Shown: one piece after another, positions 11,560 to 21,877 of the stretch
Position numbering within the stretch: the first letter of the stretch is position 1
Layout of the letters: the number at the start of each line of letters is the position of its first letter
Source of the DNA: Deltaproteobacteria bacterium
GTDB lineage: Bacteria; Myxococcota_A; UBA9160; UBA4427
Length of the DNA stretch: 64,000 nucleotides
Direction: 5' to 3'
Assembly (NCBI GenBank): GCA_029261855.1
Contig: JAJDAN010000032.1
Location: forward strand, 325,502-389,501
Program-made: the position numbers and the translations under genes
Notes under the pieces: generated by a model
The model's input: the letters and a program-made list of their open reading frames with translations, nothing else
Databases searched by the model: none
What the model was told of the DNA's origin: nothing

Positions 11560-13011
11560 TCAGGCGTGCAGCGCGCGTCCGTCCACGGCCAATGCCGCTT
11601 CCTTGAGGGCCTCGCCCATGGCGGGGTGGGCGTGGCAGGTGCGCGCCAGGTCTTCCGCCGACGCCGCGAACTCCATGGCGAGTACGGCTTCCTGGATGAG
11701 GTCGCCGGCCATGGGCCCGAGGATGTGGACCCCAAGGATGCGATCGGCCTTCTCGTCGGCCAGGATCTTCACGAGGCCGTCGCGTTCGCCGCTGGTGCGC
11801 GCGCGGCTGTTGGCCGAGAACGGGAACTTGCCGACGCGGTACGCGATGCCGTCCGCGTCGAGCTCTTCCTGGGTGCGGCCGACGCTCGCGACCTCGGGCC
11901 AGGTGTAGACCACGCCGGGGACGCGATCATAGTGCCCGCCGGGATCGCCGCTGTGCGCTGCACCCTGGCCGGCGATTCCCTCGACGCAGGCGACGCCGTC
12001 TTCCTCGGCCTTGTGGGCCAGCATCGGGCCGGGCACGCAGTCGCCGATGGCGAAGACGCCCGGGATCGCGGTCTGGAAGTGCGCATCGATCTCGACGAAG
12101 CCACGCTCGTTCCGTTTCACGCCGATCTCGTCGAGGCCGAGACCCTCGGTGTAGGGACGTCGGCCGATGGACACGAGCACGGCGTCGGCTTCGAGCGTGC
12201 TCCCCTCGCCGTCGCCTTCAGCGGGCTCGATCTGCAACCGAACCCGCTCACCCTCGGTCTTGGCTGTCGTGACCTTCGACGACAAGAGAAAGCTGAGCCC
12301 CTGCTTCTTGAGCACGCGTTGGGTCTGCTTGCAGATCTCGCCGTCCATGCCGGGCAGGATGTGATCGAGGAACTCGACGACCGTCACCTCGGACCCGAGT
12401 CGGGACCAGACGGACCCCAGCTCGAGCCCGATCGCGCCTGCACCGATCACTACGAGCTTCTCCGGCACCGCCTCGAGGGACAAGGCGCCGGTGGACGTCA
12501 GGATCCGCTTCTCGTCGACTTCGATGCCGGGAAGCGGCGTGGCTTCGGAACCTGTGGCCACGACGATGTTGCGGGTCTCGAGGGTCTGTTGACCGCCGTC
12601 GGAAAGCGCCACCTCGACGCGGCCGGGCGCCGGGATGCTGCCGCGGCCACGCACATAGTCGACGCCGTTCTTCTTCAGGAGGAACTCGATCCCCTTGACG
12701 AGCTCGGCGACGACTTTCTCCTTGCGGGCCATCATGGCGCCGAGATCGAGGGACAGATCGCCGACGATGACGCCGTGCTCGGACAGGCTGTGGGCGGCTT
12801 CGGCGAAGCGCTCGGACGAATGCAGCAGCGCCTTCGACGGGATGCAGCCGACGTTCAGACAGGTGCCGCCGAGGGCGCCTCGCATCTCGACGCACGCCGT
12901 TCGCAGTCCGAGCTGACCCGCGCGCAGCGCGGCCACGTAGCCGCCGGGTCCGCCGCCGATGATGACGACGTCGTAGACGGCGTCGCTGTCCTTCGGGTTC
13001 GCGTCACTCAT
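11560..13011 (-). CDS. lpdA: dihydrolipoyl dehydrogenase (E3)
   Basis: 483 aa. Has VVIIGGGPGGY (FAD), GGTCLNVGCIPSK (redox disulfide) and a C-terminal HAHPAMGEA interface motif. Last gene of the suc operon. Confidence 0.95.
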   Translation of the reverse strand: MSDANPKDSDAVYDVVIIGGGPGGYVAALRAGQLGLRTACVEMRGALGGTCLNVGCIPSKALLHSSERFAEAAHSLSEHGVIVGDLSLDLGAMMARKEKVVAELVKGIEFLLKKNGVDYVRGRGSIPAPGRVEVALSDGGQQTLETRNIVVATGSEATPLPGIEVDEKRILTSTGALSLEAVPEKLVVIGAGAIGLELGSVWSRLGSEVTVVEFLDHILPGMDGEICKQTQRVLKKQGLSFLLSSKVTTAKTEGERVRLQIEPAEGDGEGSTLEADAVLVSIGRRPYTEGLGLDEIGVKRNERGFVEIDAHFQTAIPGVFAIGDCVPGPMLAHKAEEDGVACVEGIAGQGAAHSGDPGGHYDRVPGVVYTWPEVASVGRTQEELDADGIAYRVGKFPFSANSRARTSGERDGLVKILADEKADRILGVHILGPMAGDLIQEAVLAMEFAASAEDLARTCHAHPAMGEALKEAALAVDGRALHA

Positions 13012-13048
13012 TCAGGGTTGCCTCTTTGCGGCCGCGGGGGCTGCGGGT

Positions 13049-14416
13049 CTACAGGTCGAGCAGCAGGCGCTGGGGGTCTTCGATGGCGTTCTTGATGGCG
13101 ACCAGGAAGGTCACCGCTTCGCGGCCGTCGATCAGCCGGTGATCGTAGGAGACCGCGACGTACATCATCGGCCGGATCACGACCTCGCCGTCCAGCGCGA
13201 CTGGGCGGTCCTCGATCTTGTGCAGACCCAGGATCGCGGATTGCGGGCGATTCAGGATGGGCGTCGACAGCATCGACCCGAAGACACCGCCGTTGCTGAT
13301 GCTGAAGGTTCCGCCTGCCATCTCTTCGTTGGTCAGCGACCCGTCCTGGGCGCGTCCCGCCAGACGTGCCAGCTCGGACTCGATCTGTGCGAACGAGCGG
13401 CTGTCGCAGTCGCGGATGATGGGCACCACCAGACCGTTCGGCGACGCAACCGCCATGCCCAGATCGTAGTAGTGCTTGTAGACGATCTCTTCGCCGTCGA
13501 GCTCTGCGTTCACCGATGGAACCGCCTGGAGGGCGGCGACACAGGCCTTGGCGAAGAAGGACGTGAAGCCGAGACGGACACCGTGCTTCTTCTCGAAGTC
13601 TTCCTTGTGCTTCTTGCGCAGCGCCATCACGGCGCTCATGTCGACCTCGTTGAAGGTCGTCAGGATGGCGGCGGTCTGCTGCGCTTCCTTCAGGCGCGCG
13701 GCGATGGTGCGGCGCATGCGTGTCATGCGAACGCGCTCTTCGCGCGGGGCGGCGTCGGTCCTGGCTGCTGTTTCGGCTCGAGTCCCGCCGGTCGGAGCTG
13801 TGGCTTGCGTCCGGGCCGCGTCCGAGCCGCCCGCTTCCGCGAACGCGAGCACGTCCCCCTTGGTGAGTCGGCCGTTGCGGCCGCTCGCGGGGATCCGCGC
13901 CGGATCGAGACCGTGCTGCTCGAGCAGGGCGCGAACGGCAGGGCCTTGCTGGTCGAGCGCGAGGCCGAGCGCCGCCTCGAGGTCCGCGCGGCCGATGGCG
14001 CCCCCTTCGCCGCTGCCCTTCACGTCCGGAGGCTCGAGGGCGTCGCCGCCCCGCGCGGTTTGGGTTGCCGGGGTCTTCGCGGCGGCTGGGGCAGCGACGT
14101 CGTCATGGGACGAGCTTTCTGCTGGGGACGACTCGGCAGCCGGGGCCGGAGTCGGAGCCGCTGTGGTCACGGAGCCGTCGCCTTCTTCCAGGTGGGCGAG
14201 CAGTGCGCCCACCTCGACGTCCTCGCCCTCGGCCACGACGATCTTGCCCAGGACGCCCGCCTTGGGAGCACCCAGCTCGAGGGTGGCCTTGTCGGTCTCG
14301 AGCTCGACGACGGGCTCGTCGGCCTGCACCGCGTCTCCCGTCGCCTTCAGCCAGCGCGCCACGGTCGCTTCGGTGACCGATTCTCCGAGGTCCGGAACCA
14401 CGATATCGATGGACAC
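13049..14416 (-). CDS. sucB: 2-oxoglutarate dehydrogenase E2, dihydrolipoamide succinyltransferase
   Basis: GTG 14416 preceded by GAAGGAG. The N-terminal lipoyl domain has [12 protein letters not shown], followed by an Ala/Pro linker and a PSBD. The catalytic [13 protein letters not shown] lies near the C-terminus. ORF 13049..15241 upstream of 14416 is sucA read out of frame. Confidence 0.9.
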   Translation of the reverse strand: MSIDIVVPDLGESVTEATVARWLKATGDAVQADEPVVELETDKATLELGAPKAGVLGKIVVAEGEDVEVGALLAHLEEGDGSVTTAAPTPAPAAESSPAESSSHDDVAAPAAAKTPATQTARGGDALEPPDVKGSGEGGAIGRADLEAALGLALDQQGPAVRALLEQHGLDPARIPASGRNGRLTKGDVLAFAEAGGSDAARTQATAPTGGTRAETAARTDAAPREERVRMTRMRRTIAARLKEAQQTAAILTTFNEVDMSAVMALRKKHKEDFEKKHGVRLGFTSFFAKACVAALQAVPSVNAELDGEEIVYKHYYDLGMAVASPNGLVVPIIRDCDSRSFAQIESELARLAGRAQDGSLTNEEMAGGTFSISNGGVFGSMLSTPILNRPQSAILGLHKIEDRPVALDGEVVIRPMMYVAVSYDHRLIDGREAVTFLVAIKNAIEDPQRLLLDL

Positions 14417-14466
14417 TCTCGACACTCCTTCTCGTCGGTGACGACCGCCACCCACGCGCGCTGCAA

Positions 14467-17361
14467 CTAGCCGCGCTTGCGACCCGCCTGCACCGCTTTG
14501 CGCTGCGCGATCCGACCCATCGGGGCGACACCCAGCATCAGGGCTTCGTCGACCAGGCGCGCCTGCTCGGCGAGGTGGTCTCGCATGAGCCCTGTCGCCG
14601 GCGACGCCGAGCTCTCGCGGCCGGCGTAGCGCATCATCGGGTGCTCGCAGTCGATGCCGGCGGCGAGCTCGAGGATCAGCTCCTTCACGTAGTCCCATGC
14701 GCCCATGTTGCGCGGCTCTTCCTGGCACCAGACGAGCCGGCAATGGCGATAGGGGGCGAGCAGCTTTTCGAGGGCGTCCGCGGGAAGCGGATAGAGCTGC
14801 TCGAGCCGCAGGAAGTGCACCCGCTTCGCGTCGCTGTCGCCCTTCGCGATCCGCTTGTCGCGTTCCGACAGGAGGTCGTAGTAGACCTTGCCGCTGCAGA
14901 GAACCACCTGGGCGGCGTCTTCGGGTTCGCAGGGCAGCTCGTCGCAGTAGTGGACACGGCGGAAGCGCGACTCCGGGCCCATCTCGGCGAGGGTCGACAC
15001 GACGCTCTTGTGGCGCAGCAGCGACTTGGGTGACATCACGATCAGCGGCTTGCGGAAGGGACGGTGCATCTGACGCCGCAGCACGTGGAAGTAGTTTGCG
15101 GGCGTCGTGCAGTTGACGACCTGCATGTTGTCTTCGGCACAGAGCTGGAGAAAGCGTTCGAGCCGCGCCGACGAGTGCTCCGGCCCCTGGCCCTCGAAGC
15201 CGTGGGGCAAGAGCATGACGAGCCCGCTCATGCGCAGCCACTTCTCCTCACTGGCGGAGATGAACTGATCGCAGATGACCTGTGCACCGTTCGCGAAGTC
15301 CCCGAACTGTGCCTCCCAGAGCACCAGGGTGCGCGGGGCGTTCAGCGAGTAGCCGTACTCGAAACCGAGCACACCGAACTCGGAAAGCGGACTATCGACC
15401 ACCTCGAAGCGGGCCTGCCCCTCTCGGATGTTGTCCAGCGCGACGTAGCGCGACTCGTTCTTCTGATCGATCCAGGCCGCGTGCCGCTGGGAGAAGGTCC
15501 CGCGACCGCAGTCCTCCCCCGACAGGCGTACGGCGATACCCTCCAGGGCGAGCGAACCGAACGACAGGGCTTCGGCGGTCGACCAGTCGATCCCCTCGCC
15601 GGCGTCGATGGCTTCCTGCTTGCGACGAAGTTGTCGCTTGATCTTCGAGTTGGCCGTGAAGCCTTCCGGAATGCGTGTGATCGCTGCACCGACCTCGCGC
15701 AGGGTGTCGATGGCTACGCCCGTCTTCCCGCGCCTTGCCGCGAACCCGCGCGTCGTCTTGAGCCCGGCCCAGCTGCCTTCGAGCCAGTCTGCCTTCGTGG
15801 CCCGGTAGTCCTTCGACCGCTCGAAGGCCCTCTCGAAGCGCCCTTCCCAGAGGTCGACGAGAGCCTGGATCTTGGCGTCGTCGACGATGCCCTCGTCCTT
15901 GAGCTTCGCCGCATAGCTCTCGCGCGCGGTCGGATGATTGGCGATCTGCTTGTACATCCGCGGTTGGGTGAAGGCCGGCTCATCGCCTTCGTTGTGGCCG
16001 AAGCGCCGGTAGCAATAGATGTCGAGAACCACGTCACTTCGGAAGGTCTGTCGGTACGACATGGCGAAGCCCGCCGCGCGCACGACCGCTTCCGGGTCGT
16101 CGCCGTTCACGTGCAGGATCGGCGCCTGGATCATCTTGGCGACGTCCGAGCAGTACGGCGACGAGCGACCCGAGACGGGTGAGGTCGTGAAGCCGATCTG
16201 GTTGTTGACGATCACGTGCACGACACCGCCGGTGCGGTAGCCGTGGAGATCGCAGAACTGCAGGGTTTCCGGCACGAGGCCCTGGCCCGCGAACGCCGCG
16301 TCGCCGTGCAGGAGCAGGCCCATGCAGCGCGTGCGTTCGGTGTCGCCGAGTGCCTGCTGACGCGCGCGCACACGGCCTACGACGACGGGGTCGACCGCCT
16401 CGAGGTGGGAAGGGTTGGGCGTCAGGGAAAGGTGCACCTTGCCGCCGCTCATCTCGCGATCTGTCGACGTGCCGAGGTGGTACTTGACGTCGCCCGCACC
16501 CAGGAAGTCATCCGGCAGCGCCGAGCCCCCCTGGAATTCCGAGAAGATGGCCTCGAGGGGCTTCTGCAGCAGGTTCGCGAGCACGTTCAAGCGACCGCGA
16601 TGCGACATGCCGATGGTGATGTCCTCGATGCCGAGTTCGGCGCCGGTGTGCACGATCATCTCGAGAGCCGGCAGCAGGGACTCGCCGCCATCCAGGCCGA
16701 AGCGCTTCGTGCCCTTGTACTTCTTGTCGAGGAAGCGCTCGAAGACCTCGGCCGCGGTCAGACGTTCGAGGATCTGGATCCTCCCCTCGTCCTTCCAGGC
16801 CGCGCGCTGCTGTGCGCCCTCGATGCGATCCTGGATCCAGGTTCGCTCGACGGGGTCCTGCATGTGCATGAACTCGAGCCCGACGGACCCGCAGTAGTCG
16901 CGGCGCAGGATCTCGAGGATCTGTCGGAGGGTGGCGGTTTCGAGGCCGAGTTGGCCGTTGATGACGATCGGCCGGTCGAGATCGTTCTCGCCGAAGCCGT
17001 AGCTCTTCGGGTCGAGGTCGGGCTGATGCTCGCGCGGCGCGAGATCGAGGGGGTCGAGCCGAGCCGCGAGGTGTCCGCGAACGCGGAACGCGCGGATCAG
17101 CATGATCGCACCGAGAGAGTCCCGGGCAGCGGTGAGCGCGGCGCCGGTCGGCGCCGGAGCTGCCCGAGAGGCGGCGTACGGGGCTGCAGTCGCCAGGACG
17201 GCGGGCTCGGCGAGACCTTCGAGCCAGCCACTGGCGTCGGCGTCGAGTCGCTGGAAGAAGTCCTGCCAGGATTGGGAGAGCTTGCTCGGCTCGGAGCGGT
17301 ACTGGGCGTGAAGAGCGGCGATCGCTTGTGCGCGGGATCCGTGCTGTGGGGGTGTCGTCAT
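14467..17361 (-). CDS. sucA: 2-oxoglutarate dehydrogenase E1 component
   Basis: 964 aa, full-length collinear E1o architecture (e.g. [38 protein letters not shown]). Lies upstream of sucB-lpdA. Confidence 0.95.
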   Translation of the reverse strand: MTTPPQHGSRAQAIAALHAQYRSEPSKLSQSWQDFFQRLDADASGWLEGLAEPAVLATAAPYAASRAAPAPTGAALTAARDSLGAIMLIRAFRVRGHLAARLDPLDLAPREHQPDLDPKSYGFGENDLDRPIVINGQLGLETATLRQILEILRRDYCGSVGLEFMHMQDPVERTWIQDRIEGAQQRAAWKDEGRIQILERLTAAEVFERFLDKKYKGTKRFGLDGGESLLPALEMIVHTGAELGIEDITIGMSHRGRLNVLANLLQKPLEAIFSEFQGGSALPDDFLGAGDVKYHLGTSTDREMSGGKVHLSLTPNPSHLEAVDPVVVGRVRARQQALGDTERTRCMGLLLHGDAAFAGQGLVPETLQFCDLHGYRTGGVVHVIVNNQIGFTTSPVSGRSSPYCSDVAKMIQAPILHVNGDDPEAVVRAAGFAMSYRQTFRSDVVLDIYCYRRFGHNEGDEPAFTQPRMYKQIANHPTARESYAAKLKDEGIVDDAKIQALVDLWEGRFERAFERSKDYRATKADWLEGSWAGLKTTRGFAARRGKTGVAIDTLREVGAAITRIPEGFTANSKIKRQLRRKQEAIDAGEGIDWSTAEALSFGSLALEGIAVRLSGEDCGRGTFSQRHAAWIDQKNESRYVALDNIREGQARFEVVDSPLSEFGVLGFEYGYSLNAPRTLVLWEAQFGDFANGAQVICDQFISASEEKWLRMSGLVMLLPHGFEGQGPEHSSARLERFLQLCAEDNMQVVNCTTPANYFHVLRRQMHRPFRKPLIVMSPKSLLRHKSVVSTLAEMGPESRFRRVHYCDELPCEPEDAAQVVLCSGKVYYDLLSERDKRIAKGDSDAKRVHFLRLEQLYPLPADALEKLLAPYRHCRLVWCQEEPRNMGAWDYVKELILELAAGIDCEHPMMRYAGRESSASPATGLMRDHLAEQARLVDEALMLGVAPMGRIAQRKAVQAGRKRG

Positions 17362-17506
17362 GGCCTCGTGTCTCTGGTTCGACTATTTCCGTGTGAATTC
17401 GGGCGCTTGTAGCTCCAGGTCTCTGGAGATCGGCGAAAGGCGGGAGTGTAGCAGCGAGCCTCAGCCGCTTCGTCAGGGGGAGGCTCGGAGCGGTTATGAT
17501 CGCCCG

Positions 17507-19045
17507 ATGGGACGCAAGATCCTCTTCATCACGACCGACCAACAACGCTACGACGCACTGGGTTGCAACGGCGGGCGAGTCGCGCGCACACCCGTCGCGG
17601 ATTCGCTTGCTGCGGATGGTCTCAACTACCGCCGCGCACACAACCAGAACGTCGTCTGCATGCCGGCTCGCTCGACCATGGTAACGGGTCAGTACGTACG
17701 GACCCACGGCGTCTGGATGAACGGGGTGCCGCTGCCTGCGGACGCACCCAGTATCGCCGCCCATCTGAAACAGCAGGCCGGCTACCACACCGCACTGCTC
17801 GGCAAGGCGCACTTCGAGCCCGCCTTCGACCCGAAGGGGGAATGGCCAGAGGGACGCATGGCGCGGGAGGGGTCGACCGGGCCGTATCGGGGCTTCGACC
17901 GGGTCGAGCTGGTGATGCACGGACCCGTCGGCTTCGGCCACTACCCGCTCTTCATGCGCGACCAGCACCCCGACGAGATCGCGCACTTCTACCCGCAGAT
18001 CTACTTCGACGAAGACGGACAGCTGTGCCCGAACGAAGCCGGCGGCGGCGACACGGGCGCGCCGCAGGCGCACTTCAACCCGGTCCCGCGCGGGATCTAT
18101 CACACGGACTGGGTGGCGGACCGCACCCTCGCCTATCTCGACTCGCTTCCCGACGACGCGGACTTCTTCGTCTGGATGAGCTTTCCGGACCCGCATCATC
18201 CGTGGGATCCGCCGCAGTCCGAGATCGGCCGGGTCGACTGGCGCGACCTCGAGCTGCCGGCGGGCTATCCCGGCAGTCCCGACGCCTGCCGCCAGGTGCT
18301 CGCCGGCAAGCCGCGTCACTGGCTCGACTGGTATGAGGGCCGCGGCAACATCAACGTCGAGGCGCCGCCGAAGTTCGTGGCCGCGAGCCTCACGCCGGAC
18401 CAGATCCGCGAGATCAACGCGCTGACCCACGTCGAGAACGAGCTGATCGACGAGGCCTGCGGGCGGGTGATCGCGCGGCTTGGGGAACGCGGCTGGGCGG
18501 ACGAGACCGACGTCTTCTACACGTCGGACCACGGCGAGTTCCAGGGCGACTTCGGGCTGCTCTTCAAAGGCCCATACCACGTGGACGCACTGATGCGCGT
18601 GCCCCTCATCTGGCGTCCGGCGCCGTGCGCCAACGTGACGCCTGCGGAGATCGCGGAGCCCGTCGGGCACATCGATCTGGCGGCCACCTTCTGTGAAGTC
18701 GCGGGGGTCGCGGTGCCCGAATGGAACCAGGGCCGGGCACTGCCCCAGCAGCCCGGCTCGGACCGCGAGCAGGTGCTGACGGAATGGGACTGCGAGCACC
18801 GCGGAGTCACGACCCGCATGCGCAGCATCTATCGCGACGACGTCCTCTGCACCGCCTACGAGGCGAGCACCTTCTACGACGGAAGCGAGGGCGAGTTCTA
18901 CGATCTCGCGAACGATCCGCACCAGCACGAGAACCTGTGGGACGACCCGAGCCGCCGCCCCCAGCGCGACGAGCTGGTGGCCGAGCTGTATCGCAGCTTG
19001 CCCGAGATGCCCGCGACCTGGCCCGCTTGGCGTTCCCCCGTCTGA
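17507..19045 (+). CDS. Cys-type sulfatase (arylsulfatase family); no signal peptide seen
   Basis: Internal ATG 17507 of ORF 17360..19045. N-terminus is MGRKILFITTDQQRYD. The formylglycine motif CMPARSTMVTG fits C-x-P-x-R-x4-TG. DHGE and a C-terminal FYDLANDPHQHENL box are also present. Confidence 0.85.
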   Translation: MGRKILFITTDQQRYDALGCNGGRVARTPVADSLAADGLNYRRAHNQNVVCMPARSTMVTGQYVRTHGVWMNGVPLPADAPSIAAHLKQQAGYHTALLGKAHFEPAFDPKGEWPEGRMAREGSTGPYRGFDRVELVMHGPVGFGHYPLFMRDQHPDEIAHFYPQIYFDEDGQLCPNEAGGGDTGAPQAHFNPVPRGIYHTDWVADRTLAYLDSLPDDADFFVWMSFPDPHHPWDPPQSEIGRVDWRDLELPAGYPGSPDACRQVLAGKPRHWLDWYEGRGNINVEAPPKFVAASLTPDQIREINALTHVENELIDEACGRVIARLGERGWADETDVFYTSDHGEFQGDFGLLFKGPYHVDALMRVPLIWRPAPCANVTPAEIAEPVGHIDLAATFCEVAGVAVPEWNQGRALPQQPGSDREQVLTEWDCEHRGVTTRMRSIYRDDVLCTAYEASTFYDGSEGEFYDLANDPHQHENLWDDPSRRPQRDELVAELYRSLPEMPATWPAWRSPV

Positions 19046-19079
19046 GTCCAAGCCTGAGACCAAGTCGAGCCCACTACCG

Positions 19080-20048
19080 CTACAGCCCCTCGGAAGTCTC
19101 GCTTGCGAGAGATCCGTCGATGGGACTGAAGGTCCGGGTGGTGAGCGTCCCGATGCTTCCCGAGTACACGAAGCGCTCGCGCATCTCGGTGCCCTCGATC
19201 GTCAGCGCGTAGCTCTCGTGCACGCCGTTCGTGAACTCGATCGTCTCGTCGTACAGCGGGGTCGAGAAGGTCTCCGACAGCGGGGACATGCGCTGGACGG
19301 TCTCCGGGACGTTCGCGCCCGTGGCCGTGGCGCGCAGGTAGCAGGCGCTCGAGGCCGCTGGTGCGCGCTCGAACGCGAATCCGATCCCGGGACCGGACGC
19401 GAACAGGAAGTAGCTGACCTCGATCTGTCCCGGGGTCAGCAGGATCGCGGGGTTGCCGGCCAGGGCGACGTGCTTGTCACCGCCCGCGGCGATGCATCCC
19501 GCGCCGCTCGACAGCCCGACGTTCCAGGACGAGGTGGCGCCGAGCCAGCTGATCTCGGCGACGCTGAAGGCGAGAGTGATGCTCGCCGTGGCGCCGGACG
19601 AGTCGACGCTGATGTCTTCGATGGTCACGTTCTGGAGTGACAACAGGGTCACCGAGCCGGGACCCGTCGGGTCGGGGACGATGATCTCCACGTCGTAGAT
19701 CGTGCTGACCCGCACGCTGCCGACGAGCAACGCGGTGAGCCCGGGAGTGTCGACGGTCGCCGTCAAGTCGTCGAACCCGAAGGATCCGCCCCCGAGCTTC
19801 GTGTAGCCGAAGCGGAGCGAGCGGAAGTCCATCTGGAAGCTGCCCGCGTCGAAGTCGAGCTGGCCCGCCACGGTCGTCGGCGCCGCCTGACCGCAGAGCG
19901 CCGCGTCCCCGTGACACAAGCCGTCCACGACCTGGGCGAGATCCGCATCGAGGTCCACCAGTGACGGCCGCGCCTCGGTCGGCAGGGGCAGCGCGACGAC
20001 AGCAGTCGCGATGCCGACGCAAAGAACGAAGAGAGAAGCGCGCATCAT
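19080..20048 (-). CDS. secreted hypothetical protein
   Basis: 322 aa with signal-peptide-like N-terminus MMRASLFVLCVGIATAVVALPLPTEA. Its ATG overlaps the stop of the upstream PEP-CTERM gene (ATGA-type overlap at 20045-20048). Ser/Thr/Gly-rich with no motif I recognise. Confidence 0.6.
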   Translation of the reverse strand: MMRASLFVLCVGIATAVVALPLPTEARPSLVDLDADLAQVVDGLCHGDAALCGQAAPTTVAGQLDFDAGSFQMDFRSLRFGYTKLGGGSFGFDDLTATVDTPGLTALLVGSVRVSTIYDVEIIVPDPTGPGSVTLLSLQNVTIEDISVDSSGATASITLAFSVAEISWLGATSSWNVGLSSGAGCIAAGGDKHVALAGNPAILLTPGQIEVSYFLFASGPGIGFAFERAPAASSACYLRATATGANVPETVQRMSPLSETFSTPLYDETIEFTNGVHESYALTIEGTEMRERFVYSGSIGTLTTRTFSPIDGSLASETSEGL

Positions 20049-20893
20049 CGCCTCCTTGTCCGTGAGCAGAGAGACCGTGAGCAGAGAGACCGTGAGCAGA
20101 AAGTCCGTGAGCAGGGAGTCCCTGAGCAGAGAGTCCGGTGAGCAGGAAGTCCGGCTAGCAACAGCAGGCCCGCCAGCAGCGAGAGCACCCCGCCGGGTTC
20201 GGGAACCGCGATCGCGAGATCGTCGGCGTTGAACAGGAAGCCGGCGTCCGGCGTCGACGGGTCGTACACCAGCGTCGCCTGGTTGAAGCTCGCGGCGCCG
20301 ACGACACCCAGGAAGTAGGCGAAGTACTCTCGTCCGCCGAAGCTGCCGAGGGGTTGTCCGGCGCCGAGGGAGAGCACCGCGGTGCTCTCGCCGGGGACCT
20401 CGAGGCGCGCGTCGAGATCGAAGAGCGCTGCCCCGGGCTCTTCCGGGGTCACCAGCACCAGACCGAAGGCATCGATCGGCTGGGTGAAGGAGAACGCGAG
20501 AGTCGTGCCGGCAACCAGGCCGTGGAAGTTGCCCGGGTCCTCGACGCCCAGGGACCGCACTCCCGAGCTCGCCGGGTTGTCGCCGGCGTTCTCGACCACG
20601 CGCAGGTCGAGTGCCGGGCCGCCGGGATCGAGCAGGTCCGGGACGGCGGGAGGCAAGACGATCCCCACCGACGCACCGGTGGGGGTGACGATGGAACCCG
20701 ACACGACCGCGCCGTCGCTCAGGGCTTCGAAGTCGAAGCGTTGCACGGGCCCGGGGGCGGCGGCAGCGAACGTCGCCTCGTCGCTGTAGGCGCCGGGCGT
20801 CGCCTGGGCGGAAGCCGCGAAGAACGCGACCGCCCCGGTCAGGGCGGTGCAGGCTGCGACGGTTCGAGCGGCGTGGGACCCGGGAGCGTGCAT
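20045..20893 (-). CDS. PEP-CTERM sorting-domain protein with an atypical Cys-Ser-Arg repeat tail
   Basis: Internal ATG 20893 gives signal peptide MHAPGSHAARTVAACTALTGAVAFFAASAQA/TP. AVPEPGGVLSLLAGLLLLAGL supplies the PEP motif and TM helix, followed by TLCSGTPCSRTFCSRSLCSRSLCSRTRRR*. Confidence 0.7.
   Translation of the reverse strand: MHAPGSHAARTVAACTALTGAVAFFAASAQATPGAYSDEATFAAAAPGPVQRFDFEALSDGAVVSGSIVTPTGASVGIVLPPAVPDLLDPGGPALDLRVVENAGDNPASSGVRSLGVEDPGNFHGLVAGTTLAFSFTQPIDAFGLVLVTPEEPGAALFDLDARLEVPGESTAVLSLGAGQPLGSFGGREYFAYFLGVVGAASFNQATLVYDPSTPDAGFLFNADDLAIAVPEPGGVLSLLAGLLLLAGLPAHRTLCSGTPCSRTFCSRSLCSRSLCSRTRRR
20061..20152. repeat. 15-bp tandem repeat, about 6 copies (consensus CGTGAGCAGAGAGAC on the + strand)
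   Basis: Read directly: units at 20061, 20076 (identical), 20091, 20106, 20121 and 20136 (the last has a 1-nt insertion). Lies inside the 3' end of the PEP-CTERM CDS and is in-frame (5 codons per unit). Confidence 0.85.
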
Positions 20894-21133
20894 CGAGGCC
20901 ACCCTAACTGCGGGCGGTTGCGCGGGGAATCGCAAGAACGGGGGACCCGGGAACCCGAGCGGTGAGACCTCCGAGACGCTCGGACCGCTCGCAGAGGAAG
21001 GCAAATTCACATTGAATATCAGTGAGTTGTGTTAGTTGTTGCGTACGGCCCGGGCGCCGTGAAAGCCGAGTTGAATGAACCCGAGCAATGCTTCAAGTTA
21101 CGGGTCTCGCCCGCCGAACCCAGGAGATCCACG

Positions 21134-21856
21134 ATGGCCGCCAGCCCCTATGCGTATTCCGCCACGCCGACCCGCAACCCGTTCGTCTACCTGCGCGCGG
21201 TCTGGCGGCTCATTCGGCGGGACCCGGAAACGACGACGAAGGAGGCGGGTATCGTCGAGCTCGGCTTCGCGCGCTCGAAGCTCGGTCGCCGCTTCGCGCG
21301 CTGGGAAGAAGTCGCCGACCACCTGCGACGGGATGCGCGCACCGCACCCGCCCTGGCCGCCCGCAAGCCCTTTGGTCCAATCGTACTCAGCGACCTCGCG
21401 AAGCTCCCGGAAGGCACGGTCGGGCGCGTCTTCGCAGACCACTGTCAGGCGCGCGGCATCGACCCGAATCTCGTCTACGTCCCGCCGGACGACGAGATTG
21501 GCTGGATCCTCAACCACATGTATCAGACCCACGACATCTGGCATGTGGTGACAGGCTGGGGGAACGACCTGGCCGGCGAGGTGGGGCTCGGCGGCTTCTA
21601 TGCCGCCCAGTTCGGAAACTCGGCCTTCTTTGGCTACATGCTGGCGCTAGTGAACCTGAACGTGATCATGCGTCGCGGCGATCTCGGCGTCGTCTTCGAA
21701 GCGTTCGCCGCGGGTTACCAGACCGGCAAGCGCACCCAACCGCTCTTCGGTCTCGACTGGGACGCGCTCTTCGAGGTGCCCATCGACGAGCTGCGAGAGC
21801 GTCTCGAGGTCGACCGCAGCGACATCGTGGGAGAAGGCGTCCGCGCGGCGGCCTAG
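21134..21856 (+). CDS. Coq4-family protein (ubiquinone-biosynthesis COQ4 homologue)
   Basis: ATG 21134, 7 nt after AGGAG. 240 aa. HDIWHVVTGWGNDLAGE matches the Coq4 HDxxH-x11-E zinc-ligand motif, and the surrounding LNHMYQTHD / GGFYAAQ context is family-like. Confidence 0.75.
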   Translation: MAASPYAYSATPTRNPFVYLRAVWRLIRRDPETTTKEAGIVELGFARSKLGRRFARWEEVADHLRRDARTAPALAARKPFGPIVLSDLAKLPEGTVGRVFADHCQARGIDPNLVYVPPDDEIGWILNHMYQTHDIWHVVTGWGNDLAGEVGLGGFYAAQFGNSAFFGYMLALVNLNVIMRRGDLGVVFEAFAAGYQTGKRTQPLFGLDWDALFEVPIDELRERLEVDRSDIVGEGVRAAA

Positions 21857-21877
21857 CGTCAGGCTCGGACCCCGGCG

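Noticed and set aside
17455-17487. 8-bp stem (CGAGCCTC ... GAGGCTCG) overlapping a GGGGAGG string upstream of the sulfatase, as a possible translational control element.
   Set aside because: The GGGGAGG lies 25 nt from the real ATG (17507) and would serve only the out-of-frame junk ORF 17496..17684. There is no evidence it sequesters a functional SD.
19080-20048. Idea that the secreted 322-aa protein is Hcp-like (ITLAFSVAEISW resembles the Hcp ...LSF.K.EW.. strand).
   Set aside because: A single short similarity. The protein is twice the Hcp length, has a signal peptide (Hcp has none), and no T6SS genes are nearby.
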